Source: Thermodesulfobacteriota bacterium
Lineage (GTDB): Bacteria > Desulfobacterota > Desulfobaccia > Desulfobaccales > 0-14-0-80-60-11
Length of the DNA: 64,000 nt
Direction of reading: 5' to 3'
NCBI GenBank assembly: GCA_049322355.1
Contig: JBMORG010000011.1
Span: forward strand, 186,597 to 250,596
The notes under the pieces were generated by a model that saw nothing but the letters and a program-made list of their open reading frames with translations, did not search any database and was not told the origin of the DNA. The translations under genes and the position numbers were made by a program. Shown in pieces: positions 10,780 through 21,348 of the stretch. Within the stretch, counting starts at the first letter, position 1, and each line of letters starts with the position of its first letter.

Positions 10780-10935
10780 GATGAATTCGCAAAAAGTCAT
10801 TTTCCCCTCCCCTGGTGGGAGGGGAATAAGGGGAGGGGGAGATAACTGATCGGATATATAAATAAATCATCTTACCCACACCCTAACCCTTTCCCCTCAA
10901 GGAGGAGGGAGTTGTTAACTTTTTGTGAAGCTATC
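10780..10935. mobile_element. MITE-like element with imperfect TIRs and an AAAGTT flanking duplication
   Basis: Ends GATGAATTCGCAAAAAGT / ACTTTTTGTGAAGCTATC; AAAGTT at 10774-10779 and 10936-10941; internal CCCCTCCCC..GGGGAGGGG / CCCTAACCCT hairpins. Confidence 0.7.
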
Positions 10936-10975
10936 AAAGTTCAAGGTTACACATTCCAACCTCGCCCGTCGAACT

Positions 10976-11920
10976 TTAAACTATAATTTGCCCCCGGGCG
11001 GAATCTATTACCTGGACCCCGGAGGCCACGATACAACTCTCCAGTTCCACGCCCGGAGCAATGACGGCCTGGTCCCAGACCACGGTATTTTTCAGGGAGG
11101 CCCCCTCCCCTACCACTACGTCCTTCCCCAAACAGACGCCGCCCCGGAACGCCACTCCGGCTCCCATCCTGGTCCCGGAGCCCATCATGGGGTCGGTTAT
11201 GGGTGCGAAATATCCGGTCAATTTCCCGGCTTCCCCTTGGAGGAGCCGCCGGTGGGCCGCCAGGTAATTCTCCGGCGTGCCGATATCCTGCCAAAAATGG
11301 CCGCTCACCGTTAAGTAAGCCAGCCGCTCCCCCGCGGCCAGGGCCTCACGCCAGGCCGTCACCAGATCATATTTCTGTCCAGCGGGGGGAAGATACTGCA
11401 GCATTTTCGGGTCCACTATCTGGATGCCGGTGTAGGCCAGGGGCGGCCCGCCTCCTCCTGGCGGTGGTCCGCCGATGCTTGCCACCCCACTTCCCGCCAC
11501 CCAGACGTTGTTATATGCGGGGAAGTCATGGAGCACCAGGGTGCTGACCGCGTCTGCCTTATGGCTGTGGTATATCTCGGCCAGGTCCAGGTCCGTCAGG
11601 ATGTCGGCGTTGACTGCCAGAAACGGCCCATCCCGCAAAATCTCCCCTAATTGCCGGATGCCGCCCCCGGTACCCAATATTTCCGGTTCCGGACTTACAC
11701 TTAGGTTGAAACTCCAAGGCTCAGACCGCAGAAAGTCTTGCACCCTGTCGCCCAGATGGTGGGTATTTACCGCCACCTGGAAACAGCCCGCAGCCTCCAA
11801 CTGGGCCAGCACCACCCCCAGCAGGGGACGGTTCAACACCGGCAACAAAGGCTTGGGAACGATATCCGTGAGCGGCGCCAGCCGCGTCCCCAACCCCGCC
11901 GCCAACACGGCAGCTTTCAA
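10976..11920 (-). CDS. Sugar-phosphate nucleotidyltransferase (MurU-like), C-terminal left-handed beta-helix
   Basis: LAAGLGTRLAPLT..PKPL, LGTGGG, VNAD, WQDIGTPE; TTG start with AGGAG RBS. Confidence 0.8.
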   Translation of the reverse strand: MKAAVLAAGLGTRLAPLTDIVPKPLLPVLNRPLLGVVLAQLEAAGCFQVAVNTHHLGDRVQDFLRSEPWSFNLSVSPEPEILGTGGGIRQLGEILRDGPFLAVNADILTDLDLAEIYHSHKADAVSTLVLHDFPAYNNVWVAGSGVASIGGPPPGGGGPPLAYTGIQIVDPKMLQYLPPAGQKYDLVTAWREALAAGERLAYLTVSGHFWQDIGTPENYLAAHRRLLQGEAGKLTGYFAPITDPMMGSGTRMGAGVAFRGGVCLGKDVVVGEGASLKNTVVWDQAVIAPGVELESCIVASGVQVIDSARGQIIV

Positions 11921-12073
11921 AAAAGCTCCTGGTTTGCGGTTTTCGGTTTTCGGTTTTTGGTTACAGAGTTTGCCATAAAATTTCTGCTGAGGTTGGTTTT
12001 TTAAATCCCCCTAAATCCCCCTGCGCCCCGGCATTGGCGGCAGTGCCTCTGCTTACTGCTCACGGCTCACGGC

Positions 12074-12556
12074 TCACTTCTTATAACCGAATTTCCGCAA
12101 AATATCCCGGCGCCAGGCGCGGCCGGCCTCATCTTCCACGCCCTTGGGAGAAAAGCCGTCCACCACTCCCAGGATTCCCCGTCCCTGTTCGGTCTGGGCT
12201 AGGATAACTTCCACGGGGTTGGCGGTGGCACAAAAAATGCGGCAGACCTCGGGACAGAGTTTCACCGCGTTGAGCACGTTGATGGGAAAGGCATCTTTGA
12301 GCAGTATATTAAAGGTGTGGCCCGCAGCCAGGCGCCGGGCGTTCTCGGTGGCTGCGGCTTTCAGGTCGTCGTCATTGCCTTCCACCCGGATGAGGCAATC
12401 GCCGGAGGACTCGGAAAAAGCCAAGCCGAATTTGATGCCGGGCGAGGCGCCCACCAGAATTTCATACAGGTCTTCCACCGTTTTTATGAAATGACTCTGG
12501 CCCAAAATGAGATTAGCTCCTTCGGGAATGATGATTTTCTCCAACTTCAATTCCAT
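12074..12556 (-). CDS. Adenosine-specific kinase family protein (DUF355)
   Basis: NLILGQSHFIKTVEDL, FGLAFSESSG, IFCATANPVEV, GRGILGVVDG..GYKK. Confidence 0.85.
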   Translation of the reverse strand: MELKLEKIIIPEGANLILGQSHFIKTVEDLYEILVGASPGIKFGLAFSESSGDCLIRVEGNDDDLKAAATENARRLAAGHTFNILLKDAFPINVLNAVKLCPEVCRIFCATANPVEVILAQTEQGRGILGVVDGFSPKGVEDEAGRAWRRDILRKFGYKK

Positions 12557-12644
12557 GGGCGCACCTCGTTCGGCCTGGCCGGAATTCCTTCCCGGCTATG
12601 GTTTTTTCTGGTATTATAGATACGATATGCCCAGAGAACAAGAT

Positions 12645-13856
12645 ATGAAAAGATTTTGGGCGGCCAAGAGACGAAGGGAAAAATGCGAAGATAAACAAAG
12701 GGCATTTTTCCTTTTCGCCTTTTTCCCTTTTCGCCTTTTCGCCCTTTCCACTAAGAGACTGCATCTCGTTGCCGTGTGCTTACTATGTTTGTCGTCTCCG
12801 GCCGTGGCGGAAATCAAGATCGGCGTGTATCTTCCTATGACCGGGTCAGCCGCGGCCATGGGCCAGATGGTGTGGGAAGGCGTGCAGGTGGCGCACCGGC
12901 TCCAGCCCCAGGTGCTGGGGCAGCCCGTCAAATTAATCCTGCTGGACACCCGGAGCGACCGCATCGAAGCGGCCAACGCGGTCAGCCGTCTCATCGAGCA
13001 GGACAAAGTGGCGGTCATCATCGGCGAGGTAATCAGCAGCGACACCCTGGCCGGAGTCCCCATCGCCGAGCGGGCCGGGATTCCCAATATCTCTCCCACT
13101 GCCACCAACCCCCTGGTGACCCAGAACCGGAAGTTTGCCTTCCGGGCCGCATACGTGGACGACCTCCAGGGCAAAGTCGCGGCCCGTTATGCCTGGGAAA
13201 ACCTGAAGGCCCGGCGGGTGGCGGTGCTCATTGACCAGGCCCAGGATTACTGCGTCGGTCTGGCCAAGTTTTTTATGGACGAATTTAAAAGTCGGGGCGG
13301 TCAGATTGTCTCCATCAGCTATATTCAGACCGGCGACCAGGATTTCAGCGCCCAGATTTCGGCGTTGAAGGGGGCCAACCCCGACCTGATCTATGCGCCG
13401 AACTACTATACCGAAGATGCCCTCTTGGCCAAGCAGCTCCAGGATTTGGGGGTCAAAACTCCCATACTCACCGGGGACGGGGCCCAGGTGCCGGAATTGC
13501 TCAGCATCGGCGGCGACGCGGTCAACGGCATGTATTTTACCGCCCTCTTTCACCGCCAAGGCATTAAAACCGAGATCGGGCAAAAATTTCTCCAGGCCTA
13601 CGAGGCCAAGTATAACAAGGCCCTGGATGCCTTTGCGGCCCTGGGCGGCGATGGCTATTTTCTGCTGACTGCGGCAATTAACCGGGCGGGCACCACTGAC
13701 GGCGCCAAAGTGGCGCAGGCCCTGGCCGCGACCAAGGACTTCCCCGGGGTCACCGGCACCATCACCATGGGCGAAAACCACAACCCCGTCAAGGGGGTGA
13801 CGGTTATTAAGGTGGAGAAAGGGCAGTTTGTTTATCAGACGACGATAAACCCATAG
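12645..13856 (+). CDS. Branched-chain amino acid ABC transporter substrate-binding protein (LivK/LivJ-like), no adjacent permease
   Basis: IKIGVYLPMTG, SPTATNP, GDQDFSAQIS, FPGVTGTIT; signal peptide carries an in-frame insertion. Confidence 0.85.
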   Translation: MKRFWAAKRRREKCEDKQRAFFLFAFFPFRLFALSTKRLHLVAVCLLCLSSPAVAEIKIGVYLPMTGSAAAMGQMVWEGVQVAHRLQPQVLGQPVKLILLDTRSDRIEAANAVSRLIEQDKVAVIIGEVISSDTLAGVPIAERAGIPNISPTATNPLVTQNRKFAFRAAYVDDLQGKVAARYAWENLKARRVAVLIDQAQDYCVGLAKFFMDEFKSRGGQIVSISYIQTGDQDFSAQISALKGANPDLIYAPNYYTEDALLAKQLQDLGVKTPILTGDGAQVPELLSIGGDAVNGMYFTALFHRQGIKTEIGQKFLQAYEAKYNKALDAFAALGGDGYFLLTAAINRAGTTDGAKVAQALAATKDFPGVTGTITMGENHNPVKGVTVIKVEKGQFVYQTTINP

Positions 13857-13872
13857 TATCTCTTAAATAATT

Positions 13873-14178
13873 ATGAAACAAGCCAAAATAGATATCCCCA
13901 GAGACAAAATTGAAAACTTCTGTAAAAAATGGAAGATTGCTGAGTTTTCCATCTTCGGATCGGCATTACGCCAGGATTTCTTGCCAGATAGCGATGTTGA
14001 TGTGCTGATCAGTTTTGAACCTGATATTCCCTGGAGCCTTTATGATTGGGTAGATATGATTGAAGAATTACAGAGTATCCTTGGACGGGAAGTTGACCTG
14101 GTGGAGAAATCGGGTCTGAGGAATCCTTTCCGGAGACACGAAATTCTTAATAACAGACAGGTCATCTATGCCGCATAG
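13873..14178 (+). CDS. MNT minimal nucleotidyltransferase antitoxin, copy 1
   Basis: FGSALRQDFLPDSDVDVL (GS..DxD), GREVDLV. Confidence 0.9.
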   Translation: MKQAKIDIPRDKIENFCKKWKIAEFSIFGSALRQDFLPDSDVDVLISFEPDIPWSLYDWVDMIEELQSILGREVDLVEKSGLRNPFRRHEILNNRQVIYAA

Positions 14179-14527
14179 AAAGGCTGACCCGGCATTTTTA
14201 TGGGATATGCTCGATGCAGCCAAGGCAATTCGAGACTTTGTCACCGGCAAGACGTTTCACCATTACCTGACCGAACGTATGTTGCGAGGCGCTGTAGAAA
14301 GGCATCTGGAAATAATCGGTGAAGCCGCTAAAGGAGTATCTAAGAGTTTTCAAGAGGCTCATCCGGAAATTCCCTGGCATCGAATAATCGCTCAACGCCA
14401 TGTTTTGGCGCATGAATATGGGGAAATTAAACATGAATTGATTTGGCGGGTTGCTACGCTGCGTATTCAAGAGCTTATTGAAGTTCTTGAACCCTTGGTT
14501 CCGCCGTCGCCTCCGGAAGAAGGTTAA
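14168..14527 (+). CDS. HEPN/DUF86 (HepT-like) RNase toxin, copy 1
   Basis: AVERHLEIIGEA, PEIPW, RHVLAHEY (R-x4-H-x-Y); 11-bp overlap with the MNT gene. Confidence 0.9.
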   Translation: MPHRKADPAFLWDMLDAAKAIRDFVTGKTFHHYLTERMLRGAVERHLEIIGEAAKGVSKSFQEAHPEIPWHRIIAQRHVLAHEYGEIKHELIWRVATLRIQELIEVLEPLVPPSPPEEG

Positions 14528-14529
14528 TA

Positions 14530-14838
14530 GTGAAAATTAAGTCTGGCATTGACATCCCTCTCCACAAGATAGCTGCCTTCTGCCGCCGGTGGAAGATTAA
14601 AGAGTTTGCCCTTTTCGGGTCGGTCCTGCGAGAAGACTTCCGCCCCGATAGTGATATAGATGTGCTGGTAAGCTTTGAACCGGGCGGCGGGATTACCTTC
14701 GATAATCGGGTGGAGATGCAGGACGCACTGGCTGAAATTTTAGGCCGGGAAGTCGATATAGTCGAAAAGGATGCTATTCGCAACCCATTCAGGCGCCATA
14801 ATATCTCAACGACCAAAGAGGCCGTTTATGCCGCTTAG
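14530..14838 (+). CDS. MNT minimal nucleotidyltransferase antitoxin, copy 2
   Basis: FGSVLREDFRPDSDIDVL, GREVDIV; paralog of 13873-14178. Confidence 0.9.
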   Translation: MKIKSGIDIPLHKIAAFCRRWKIKEFALFGSVLREDFRPDSDIDVLVSFEPGGGITFDNRVEMQDALAEILGREVDIVEKDAIRNPFRRHNISTTKEAVYAA

Positions 14839-15190
14839 CTGGAGAGACCCGGCAAATCTCTGGGACATGTTGGAAGCTGCCGAACGAATCCAACATTTCC
14901 GGCATAACAAAACTTTTGAGGACTTTATGAAGGATGACATGCTGAGGGCTGCGGTGGAACGAAACTTCGAGATTATTGGGGAAGCGGCGCGCCGAATCTC
15001 TGATAACCCCAAACAGGAACATCCTGAAATCCCCTGGCGCAAGATCGTTGCCCAGCGCAATGTCTTAATACGTGAATATGATGATATCGATTATAAAGAA
15101 ATATGGGAGGTAGTCTCTTTCCAGGTGCCTCGTTTGATTGACCTGATCAGGCCGTTGACACCGCCGCTTCCTCCAGAGGTCGAAAGTTGA
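14828..15190 (+). CDS. HEPN/DUF86 toxin copy 2, catalytic His replaced by Arg
   Basis: AVERNFEIIGEA, PEIPW, RNVLIREY; ATG 14828 gives the same 11-bp overlap as pair 1. Confidence 0.85.
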   Translation: MPLSWRDPANLWDMLEAAERIQHFRHNKTFEDFMKDDMLRAAVERNFEIIGEAARRISDNPKQEHPEIPWRKIVAQRNVLIREYDDIDYKEIWEVVSFQVPRLIDLIRPLTPPLPPEVES

Positions 15191-15198
15191 TGATTTAA

Positions 15199-15292
15199 CC
15201 CTCGTCCCAAGCTGTGCTTGGGAACGCGCTTTAAGGAGCCAAGCTGAGCTTGGCATCAATTGTCGTTCCCAAGTGCAACTTGGGAACGAGGG
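15199..15292. repeat. Palindromic repeat family CTCGTTCCCAAG..CTTGGGAACGAG
   Basis: Three hairpins; degenerate second copy at ~43455-43544. Confidence 0.7.
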
Positions 15293-15307
15293 ATTTAAAA
15301 TAATCCT

Positions 15308-17848
15308 GTGTCTGACAATAAACAACCGAGCCTATTCAATATGATGGAAGCACGCGCTGTACCTATCAACATCGAGGATGAGATACGTAAGTCGTATCTG
15401 GAATACGCCTTAAGCGTCATTATCGGCCGGGCCCTGCCCGACGTGCGGGACGGGCTCAAACCCGTGCACCGCCGCATACTCTTTGCCATGAGCGAGGCGG
15501 GCAACGACTGGAACCGCCCCTACCGCAAGAGCGCCCGCATCGTGGGCGACGTCATCGGTAAATACCATCCCCACGGCGACACCGCGGTCTATGACGCTAT
15601 CGTGCGCATGGCCCAGGACTTTTCCCTGCGCTACCCGTTGGTGGACGGCCAGGGCAACTTCGGCTCCATTGACGGCGACGCCCCCGCGGCCATGCGTTAC
15701 ACCGAGGTCAGGCTCACCCGTTTGGCCCATGAGCTGCTTCAAGACCTGGATAAGGACACCGTGGACTTCGTGGGCAACTATGACGGCTCCCTTAAAGAGC
15801 CCCTGGTGCTGCCCACGCGGCTCCCCAATTTACTGGTCAACGGCGCCTCGGGCATTGCCGTGGGCATGGCCACCAACATCCCGCCCCACAGCCTGGACGA
15901 GGTCTGTGACGCTCTGCTGGCCACCCTTAACAATCCGGAGATCACCCTGGAAGAACTGATGGCTATCATTCCGGGCCCGGATTTTCCCACCGGCGCCTTT
16001 ATTTACGGGGCTGAAGGCATCGCCGAGGCTTACCGTACCGGCCGGGGCCTCATCCGCCTCCGGGCCAAAGTCACGGTGGAGCGCAAAGGGGGCCGGGAGT
16101 CCCTGATCATCCGGGAGCTGCCCTACCAGGTGAACAAGGCCCGCCTCATTGAGCGCATCGCCGAACTGGTGAAAGACAAAAAGGTGGAAGGCATTGCCGA
16201 CATCCGGGATGAATCGGACCGGGAAGGCCTCCGGGTGGCCATCATGCTCAAAAAAGACGAGCCGGCCCAACCCATCCTGAACCAGTTATACCTCCACACC
16301 CAAATGCAGGTCACTTTCGGCATCAACCTGGTGGCCATTGTCCACAACCGGCCGGAGCTCCTCCCCCTCAAGGACCTGCTGCGCTATTTCCTGGAGCACC
16401 GCCGGGAGGTGATCATCCGGCGCACCCGCTATGAGCTGAAGCAGGCCGAGGCCCGGATGCACATCCTGGAGGGCCTGCTCATCGCTCTGGATTGGCTGGA
16501 TGCGGTTATTGCCTTAATCCGGGCCGCAGCCACCCCGGCGGAAGCCAAGCAGCAGCTCATGGCCGGTCTGTTCATCCCAAAGGCCGAGCCCGGCGCCACC
16601 CTGGAGGAAACCCGGAGCCGCTACGCCCTGTCCGAAATTCAGGCCCAGGCCATCTTGGACATGAGGCTGCAGCGCCTCACCGGGATGGAGCGCCAGAAGA
16701 TCCTCAATGAAGCTAAAGAGGTGGAGGCTGCCATAGCCCGCTATCGGCAGATTCTGGCGGAAGAAGCCGAAGTCAAGGCCCTCATCGCCCAGGAATTGAC
16801 CGAACTTAAGGAACGCTACGGTGACGGCCGGCGTACCGAGATCGTGCCCCAGGCCCAGGAGATCACTGCGGAAGATCTCATCGCCGACGAGGACATGGTG
16901 GTGACCATCAGCCACCGAAGTTACATCAAGCGCACCCCTTTGACCATTTACCGCAGCCAGCGCCGGGGCGGCAAGGGCCGCATGGGCATGATCACCCGGG
17001 AAAACGATTTCGTCTCCCAGCTCTATATCGCCTCCACCCACAGCTACTTCCTGGTGTTCACCAATAAGGGCCGGGTGTTCTGGCTCAAGGTCCACGAGAT
17101 CCCCATCGGCTCGCCGACGGCTCAAGGCAAGGCCATTGTCAACCTGTTGCAGTTGGGAGAGGGCGAAAAGCTGGCCACCATCCTGCCGGTGCGGGAATTT
17201 ACTCCAGGCCCCTCCTTGGTGATGGCCACCCAGCGGGGCATCATCAAGAAAACCGACCTGATGAACTTTCAGCGGCCCCGGAGCGGCGGCATCATCGCCC
17301 TGAGCCTGGACCCGGAGGACGAACTGGTGAGCGCGGCCTTGAGCGAACCGGACCAGAGCATCCTCATCGGCACGCGTTTAGGCAAGATTATCCGCTTCCC
17401 CTCGGTGGAGGTCCGGGATATGGGACGGGCCGCCCGGGGCGTCAAGGGCATGGAGGTGGCCCCGGAGGACCGGGTCGTGGGCATGGAGGTGCTGCGGCCC
17501 GAAGGCACCATCCTTACGGTGACGGAACGGGGGTTCGGCAAGCGCACCGATCCGGGAAAATACCCGGAACACCACCGGGGCGGCCTGGGGGTCCGGGGGC
17601 TGAACATCACCGACCGCAACGGTCCCATTATGAGCATTCTCCAGGTAAATGAAGATGACGAAGTCATGCTGGTCACTGATGGCGGCAAGATTCTGCGTCT
17701 CCCTGCCAAGGGCATTTCTTTGATCGGACGGGTCACCCAGGGCGTCAAACTCATGGACCTGGAAAAAGAAGAACGGGTAGTTAGCCTGGCCAAGGTGGCG
17801 GAAAAGAGTGATGACAGCGAAGCCGAACCAGACCTCGGAATCTCCTGA
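15308..17848 (+). CDS. gyrA: DNA gyrase subunit A
   Basis: [32 protein letters not shown], GyrA-box QRRGGKG. Confidence 0.98.
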   Translation: MSDNKQPSLFNMMEARAVPINIEDEIRKSYLEYALSVIIGRALPDVRDGLKPVHRRILFAMSEAGNDWNRPYRKSARIVGDVIGKYHPHGDTAVYDAIVRMAQDFSLRYPLVDGQGNFGSIDGDAPAAMRYTEVRLTRLAHELLQDLDKDTVDFVGNYDGSLKEPLVLPTRLPNLLVNGASGIAVGMATNIPPHSLDEVCDALLATLNNPEITLEELMAIIPGPDFPTGAFIYGAEGIAEAYRTGRGLIRLRAKVTVERKGGRESLIIRELPYQVNKARLIERIAELVKDKKVEGIADIRDESDREGLRVAIMLKKDEPAQPILNQLYLHTQMQVTFGINLVAIVHNRPELLPLKDLLRYFLEHRREVIIRRTRYELKQAEARMHILEGLLIALDWLDAVIALIRAAATPAEAKQQLMAGLFIPKAEPGATLEETRSRYALSEIQAQAILDMRLQRLTGMERQKILNEAKEVEAAIARYRQILAEEAEVKALIAQELTELKERYGDGRRTEIVPQAQEITAEDLIADEDMVVTISHRSYIKRTPLTIYRSQRRGGKGRMGMITRENDFVSQLYIASTHSYFLVFTNKGRVFWLKVHEIPIGSPTAQGKAIVNLLQLGEGEKLATILPVREFTPGPSLVMATQRGIIKKTDLMNFQRPRSGGIIALSLDPEDELVSAALSEPDQSILIGTRLGKIIRFPSVEVRDMGRAARGVKGMEVAPEDRVVGMEVLRPEGTILTVTERGFGKRTDPGKYPEHHRGGLGVRGLNITDRNGPIMSILQVNEDDEVMLVTDGGKILRLPAKGISLIGRVTQGVKLMDLEKEERVVSLAKVAEKSDDSEAEPDLGIS

Positions 17849-18866
17849 GGCCAAAGCCGTCGCAGTGATCGGGGCCGGTAGTTGGGGCACCACCCTGACT
17901 CAGCTCCTGGCGGAAAAAGGCCAGGACGTCCGCCTTTGGGTTCGGGAGCCGGAAGTCTATGCCGGCCTGAATCGGGATCACATAAATCACACCTTTTTGC
18001 CCAAGGTGCGACTATCCCCCCGGATTTACTTCACTCAGGATTATCCGGCGGCCCTGAAAAACGCCGGGCTGATTCTGATGGCTGTGCCTTCCCACGGGTT
18101 CCGGCGGGTGGCGCGGGAACTTGCGCCGCACCGGCCTCCGGGCGCAGTCTTAGTAAGTGCCACTAAGGGCATGGAGATGGACTCTCTCCTCACCATGGAG
18201 GGAGTGGTGAGGGAGGAAATGGGACCGGCAACGCCTTACGCGGTGTTGGCCGGACCCAGTTTTGCCCAGGAAGTTGCCCAAAAACAGCCCACCGCGGTGA
18301 CCATCGCCTCCCGGCAGCGGGAAATCGCCCACTTTCTCCAACGGATCTTTTCCGCCTCCTACTTTCGGGTCTACACCTCCCACGATGTCACCGGGGTAGA
18401 GTTGGGAGGAGCGTTAAAGAACATCTTTGCCATCGGTACCGGTATACTTTCGGGCATGGGTATGGGAGACAACCCCCGGGCGGCTCTCATTACCAGGGGG
18501 CTGGCCGAAATGGTCCGGTTGGGAGCCCGGCTGGGCGCCAACCCCATGACCCTAACTGGCCTGGCCGGGCTGGGAGACCTGATTCTTACCTGCACCGGCA
18601 GCCAGAGCCGCAACTTTCAGGTAGGGGTGAAGTTGGGGCAGGGCATCAGCCTGGACCAGATTTTGACCGGGATGACCATGGTGGCGGAAGGGGTAAAGAC
18701 CTCCCAAGCCGTATATTCCCTGGCAGAGCGCCTGGGAGTGGAGATGCCCTTGGTGGCTGCCATTTACAAAATTCTTTATGAAGGTCTGGCCCCCAAGGAA
18801 GCCATTAAAAAGTTGATGGCCCGGGAATTGAAAGATGAGATGGAAGCCATGACCGAAACCTGGTAA
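17808..18866 (+). CDS. gpsA: NAD(P)H-dependent glycerol-3-phosphate dehydrogenase
   Basis: [37 protein letters not shown]. Confidence 0.95.
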   Translation: MMTAKPNQTSESPEAKAVAVIGAGSWGTTLTQLLAEKGQDVRLWVREPEVYAGLNRDHINHTFLPKVRLSPRIYFTQDYPAALKNAGLILMAVPSHGFRRVARELAPHRPPGAVLVSATKGMEMDSLLTMEGVVREEMGPATPYAVLAGPSFAQEVAQKQPTAVTIASRQREIAHFLQRIFSASYFRVYTSHDVTGVELGGALKNIFAIGTGILSGMGMGDNPRAALITRGLAEMVRLGARLGANPMTLTGLAGLGDLILTCTGSQSRNFQVGVKLGQGISLDQILTGMTMVAEGVKTSQAVYSLAERLGVEMPLVAAIYKILYEGLAPKEAIKKLMARELKDEMEAMTETW

Positions 18867-18947
18867 GATTTGACTCTTGTATGGCGGGCAAGTAGGGTTT
18901 AAGATAGAGCATCTGCCATAAGAGCGGCTGGATAACGTGTTGAGGGT

Positions 18948-20315
18948 ATGGCAAAAAAGCCCACCGGAAAGCAGGCCACTATGACTTATGAACATTTCCA
19001 AACCGAGATTCCCACTCTGGGGGAAGCCAAGGTAAAATCCCCTATCCGGGAATTTCCCATGGTGGACCGGCAAGGCCGGGCAGTCCAGAAGTCTTTTGTC
19101 TCAGATTCTGAGCGGATTCTGGTCCATGACTCCCTGGAATATTGGGAAAGCCTGAAGGGAGAACCGCCCCTGACCCTGGAAGTGGCCGGACCCCGGGCCC
19201 ACATCTACTTTGACCCCTCCAAGGTGCATTGCGCCATTGTTACCTGCGGGGGTTTGTGTCCCGGGACTAATGACGTCATCCGGGCCATCGTTTTGGAACT
19301 CTATCATCTTTATGGGGTGCGTCATATCTACGGGGTGCGTTACGGCTTTCAAGGATTCATTCCCAAATACGGGCATGATTTGGTTACTCTCGATCCCGAG
19401 ACGGTGGCCAATATCCATACTTTCGGAGGCACGATCCTGTCCACTTCCAGGGGTCCACAGGACACCTCTGAGATCGTGGACGCCCTGGATCGCATCAACA
19501 TCCGCATCCTGTTTCTCATCGGCGGCGACGGCACTCTGAGGGCGGCCGCGGAGATTTACCAGGAGATCGCCCGCCGGGAGTTGCGCATCAGCGTCATCGT
19601 CATTCCCAAAACCATTGACAACGACATCCCCCTGGTGAATCGTTCCTTCGGGTTTGATACTGCCGTGGAGGTGGCCACCGGGGCCATTCATGCGGCCCAC
19701 ACCGAAGCCATCGGCTCCCCCAACGGCATCGGCCTGGTGAAACTCATGGGCCGCTTCTCCGGGTTCATCGCGGCCAACGCTACTCTGGCCCTGCGGGAGG
19801 TCAACTATGTCCTGATCCCCGAGGCCGATTTCGATTTGGAGGGTCCGTGCGGTTTGCTGGCTGACCTGGAATACCGTCTGCAACTGCGCCGCCATGCCCT
19901 TATCGTGGTGGCGGAAGGCGCGGGGGAGCGTTATTTCACCGACGAAAACCGCGAACGCGACCCTTCAGGCAACATCAAGCCCGGCAACATTGGACATTTC
20001 CTCCAGGACGTGATCAAGAACCATTTTAAGCAAAAAAATATTGAGATTAACTTGAAGTATATCGACCCCAGTTACCTGATCCGCAGTATGCCGGCCAATT
20101 ACAATGACCGGATCTACTGCGGCTTTCTGGGGCAGAATGCGGTCCATGCCGGAATGGCCGGAAAGACCGCCATGCTGGTGAGCCGCTTGCACAGCCATTA
20201 CGTGCACATTCCCATCGCGGCCACAGTGGGCCGGCGCAAAGAGGTGGAACTGGATTCCCCGTTGTGGCGCAGTGTCCTGGAATCCACCGGCCAGCCGCCC
20301 TTGAAAAACTTGTGA
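18948..20315 (+). CDS. pfkA: ATP-dependent 6-phosphofructokinase
   Basis: TCGGLCPG, GGTILSTSRG, IGGDGT, PKTIDND, KLMGR, YIDPSY. Confidence 0.9.
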   Translation: MAKKPTGKQATMTYEHFQTEIPTLGEAKVKSPIREFPMVDRQGRAVQKSFVSDSERILVHDSLEYWESLKGEPPLTLEVAGPRAHIYFDPSKVHCAIVTCGGLCPGTNDVIRAIVLELYHLYGVRHIYGVRYGFQGFIPKYGHDLVTLDPETVANIHTFGGTILSTSRGPQDTSEIVDALDRINIRILFLIGGDGTLRAAAEIYQEIARRELRISVIVIPKTIDNDIPLVNRSFGFDTAVEVATGAIHAAHTEAIGSPNGIGLVKLMGRFSGFIAANATLALREVNYVLIPEADFDLEGPCGLLADLEYRLQLRRHALIVVAEGAGERYFTDENRERDPSGNIKPGNIGHFLQDVIKNHFKQKNIEINLKYIDPSYLIRSMPANYNDRIYCGFLGQNAVHAGMAGKTAMLVSRLHSHYVHIPIAATVGRRKEVELDSPLWRSVLESTGQPPLKNL

Positions 20316-20469
20316 AACAGGCTGTTAGCTTTCAACCATCGGCTTTCAGCTAATGAATACTGTTGCCACTTAATAATGGGGCAGGCCATTGTGGCTCAAG
20401 CCTCCGTGCAGTGGGGCGGGCCTCCGAGCCCGCCATCCTTAAAATACTCGTGTCTTAAGAAAACTTGCC

Positions 20470-20880
20470 ATGAACAACTACCTTAAAACACCCGTATTCC
20501 AATGCCGACAATGCGGCGACTGTTGCTCCGGCCGGGGAGGCATCTTTGTCAGACCCCAGGAAGTGGAGGAGATGGCCGCGCTGCTTAAGTTGCCCGTAGC
20601 GGAGTTTTGCGGCCGCTTTGTGGAGGCTTCAGACCTGGGCCCCCGTCTTACCGTGGCCGACAACGGCTTCTGCGTCTTTTTGATGGAGGGGAACCTCTGC
20701 CAGGTGCATCCGGTGAAGCCTTTCATCTGCCGCCAGTGGCCTTTCCTGCCGGCGCTGCTGGTGGACGCCGACGAACTGGAGAACGCCAAAACCGCCTGCC
20801 CGGGGATCAATCCAAGTTGCACCCACGAGGACTTTATCGAAGAGGCGCTGAATCGGGGTTCTAAAGCAGGAAATCAATGA
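20470..20880 (+). CDS. YkgJ-family cysteine cluster protein
   Basis: FQCRQCGDCC, CVFL, CQVHPVKPFICRQWPF, CPG. Confidence 0.85.
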   Translation: MNNYLKTPVFQCRQCGDCCSGRGGIFVRPQEVEEMAALLKLPVAEFCGRFVEASDLGPRLTVADNGFCVFLMEGNLCQVHPVKPFICRQWPFLPALLVDADELENAKTACPGINPSCTHEDFIEEALNRGSKAGNQ

Positions 20881-20930
20881 TAAGCGCAGGGAGGGTTTGA
20901 AACCCTCCCTGCAGCGCGCAAAGGCGAACC

Positions 20931-21167
20931 ATGGCCGACGACTTGCACTTTTTCATGTTTTTAGTGGGGCGGCTGTTCCAGGGTGCCGAAATGATGATCA
21001 AACACAGCGAATATATCGAGGCCGACGAAAACAACTTGATGTATGACTTTGTCGCGGCCCGGGAGGCTACCAAGGAAGCCTTGAAGGATGTCAGGGAGTT
21101 TATGAAAAAGACCTCTTCCCAGGATTGCCCCGATGAGCCGAAATTTAGAGGAGAGTTCCAGGATTAG
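20931..21167 (+). CDS. Small hypothetical protein
   Basis: 78-aa ORF with plausible helical composition, co-oriented with neighbours. Confidence 0.5.
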   Translation: MADDLHFFMFLVGRLFQGAEMMIKHSEYIEADENNLMYDFVAAREATKEALKDVREFMKKTSSQDCPDEPKFRGEFQD

Positions 21168-21170
21168 CTG

Positions 21171-21301
21171 GAGACTCTTGCAAAAAGCCGTTTTGTCATC
21201 CTGAGCGCAGCGAAGGATCTCTTATTTCCTCTACTTATTGAGATTCTTCGGTCGCTCCGCTCCCTCAGAATGACATTAAAGGAGACTTTTGCAAGAGGCT
21301 C
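21171..21301. mobile_element. MITE-like element with 15-bp TIRs and GCTG flanking duplication
   Basis: GAGACTCTTGCAAAA / TTTTGCAAGAGGCTC; internal GTCATCCTGAGCGCAGCGAAGGATCT..AGATTCTTCG..CTCAGAATGAC hairpin. Confidence 0.75.
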
Positions 21302-21348
21302 GCTGGATATAAATTATTAATCAGAGCATGGAAGAATTTTTTTGCTTT

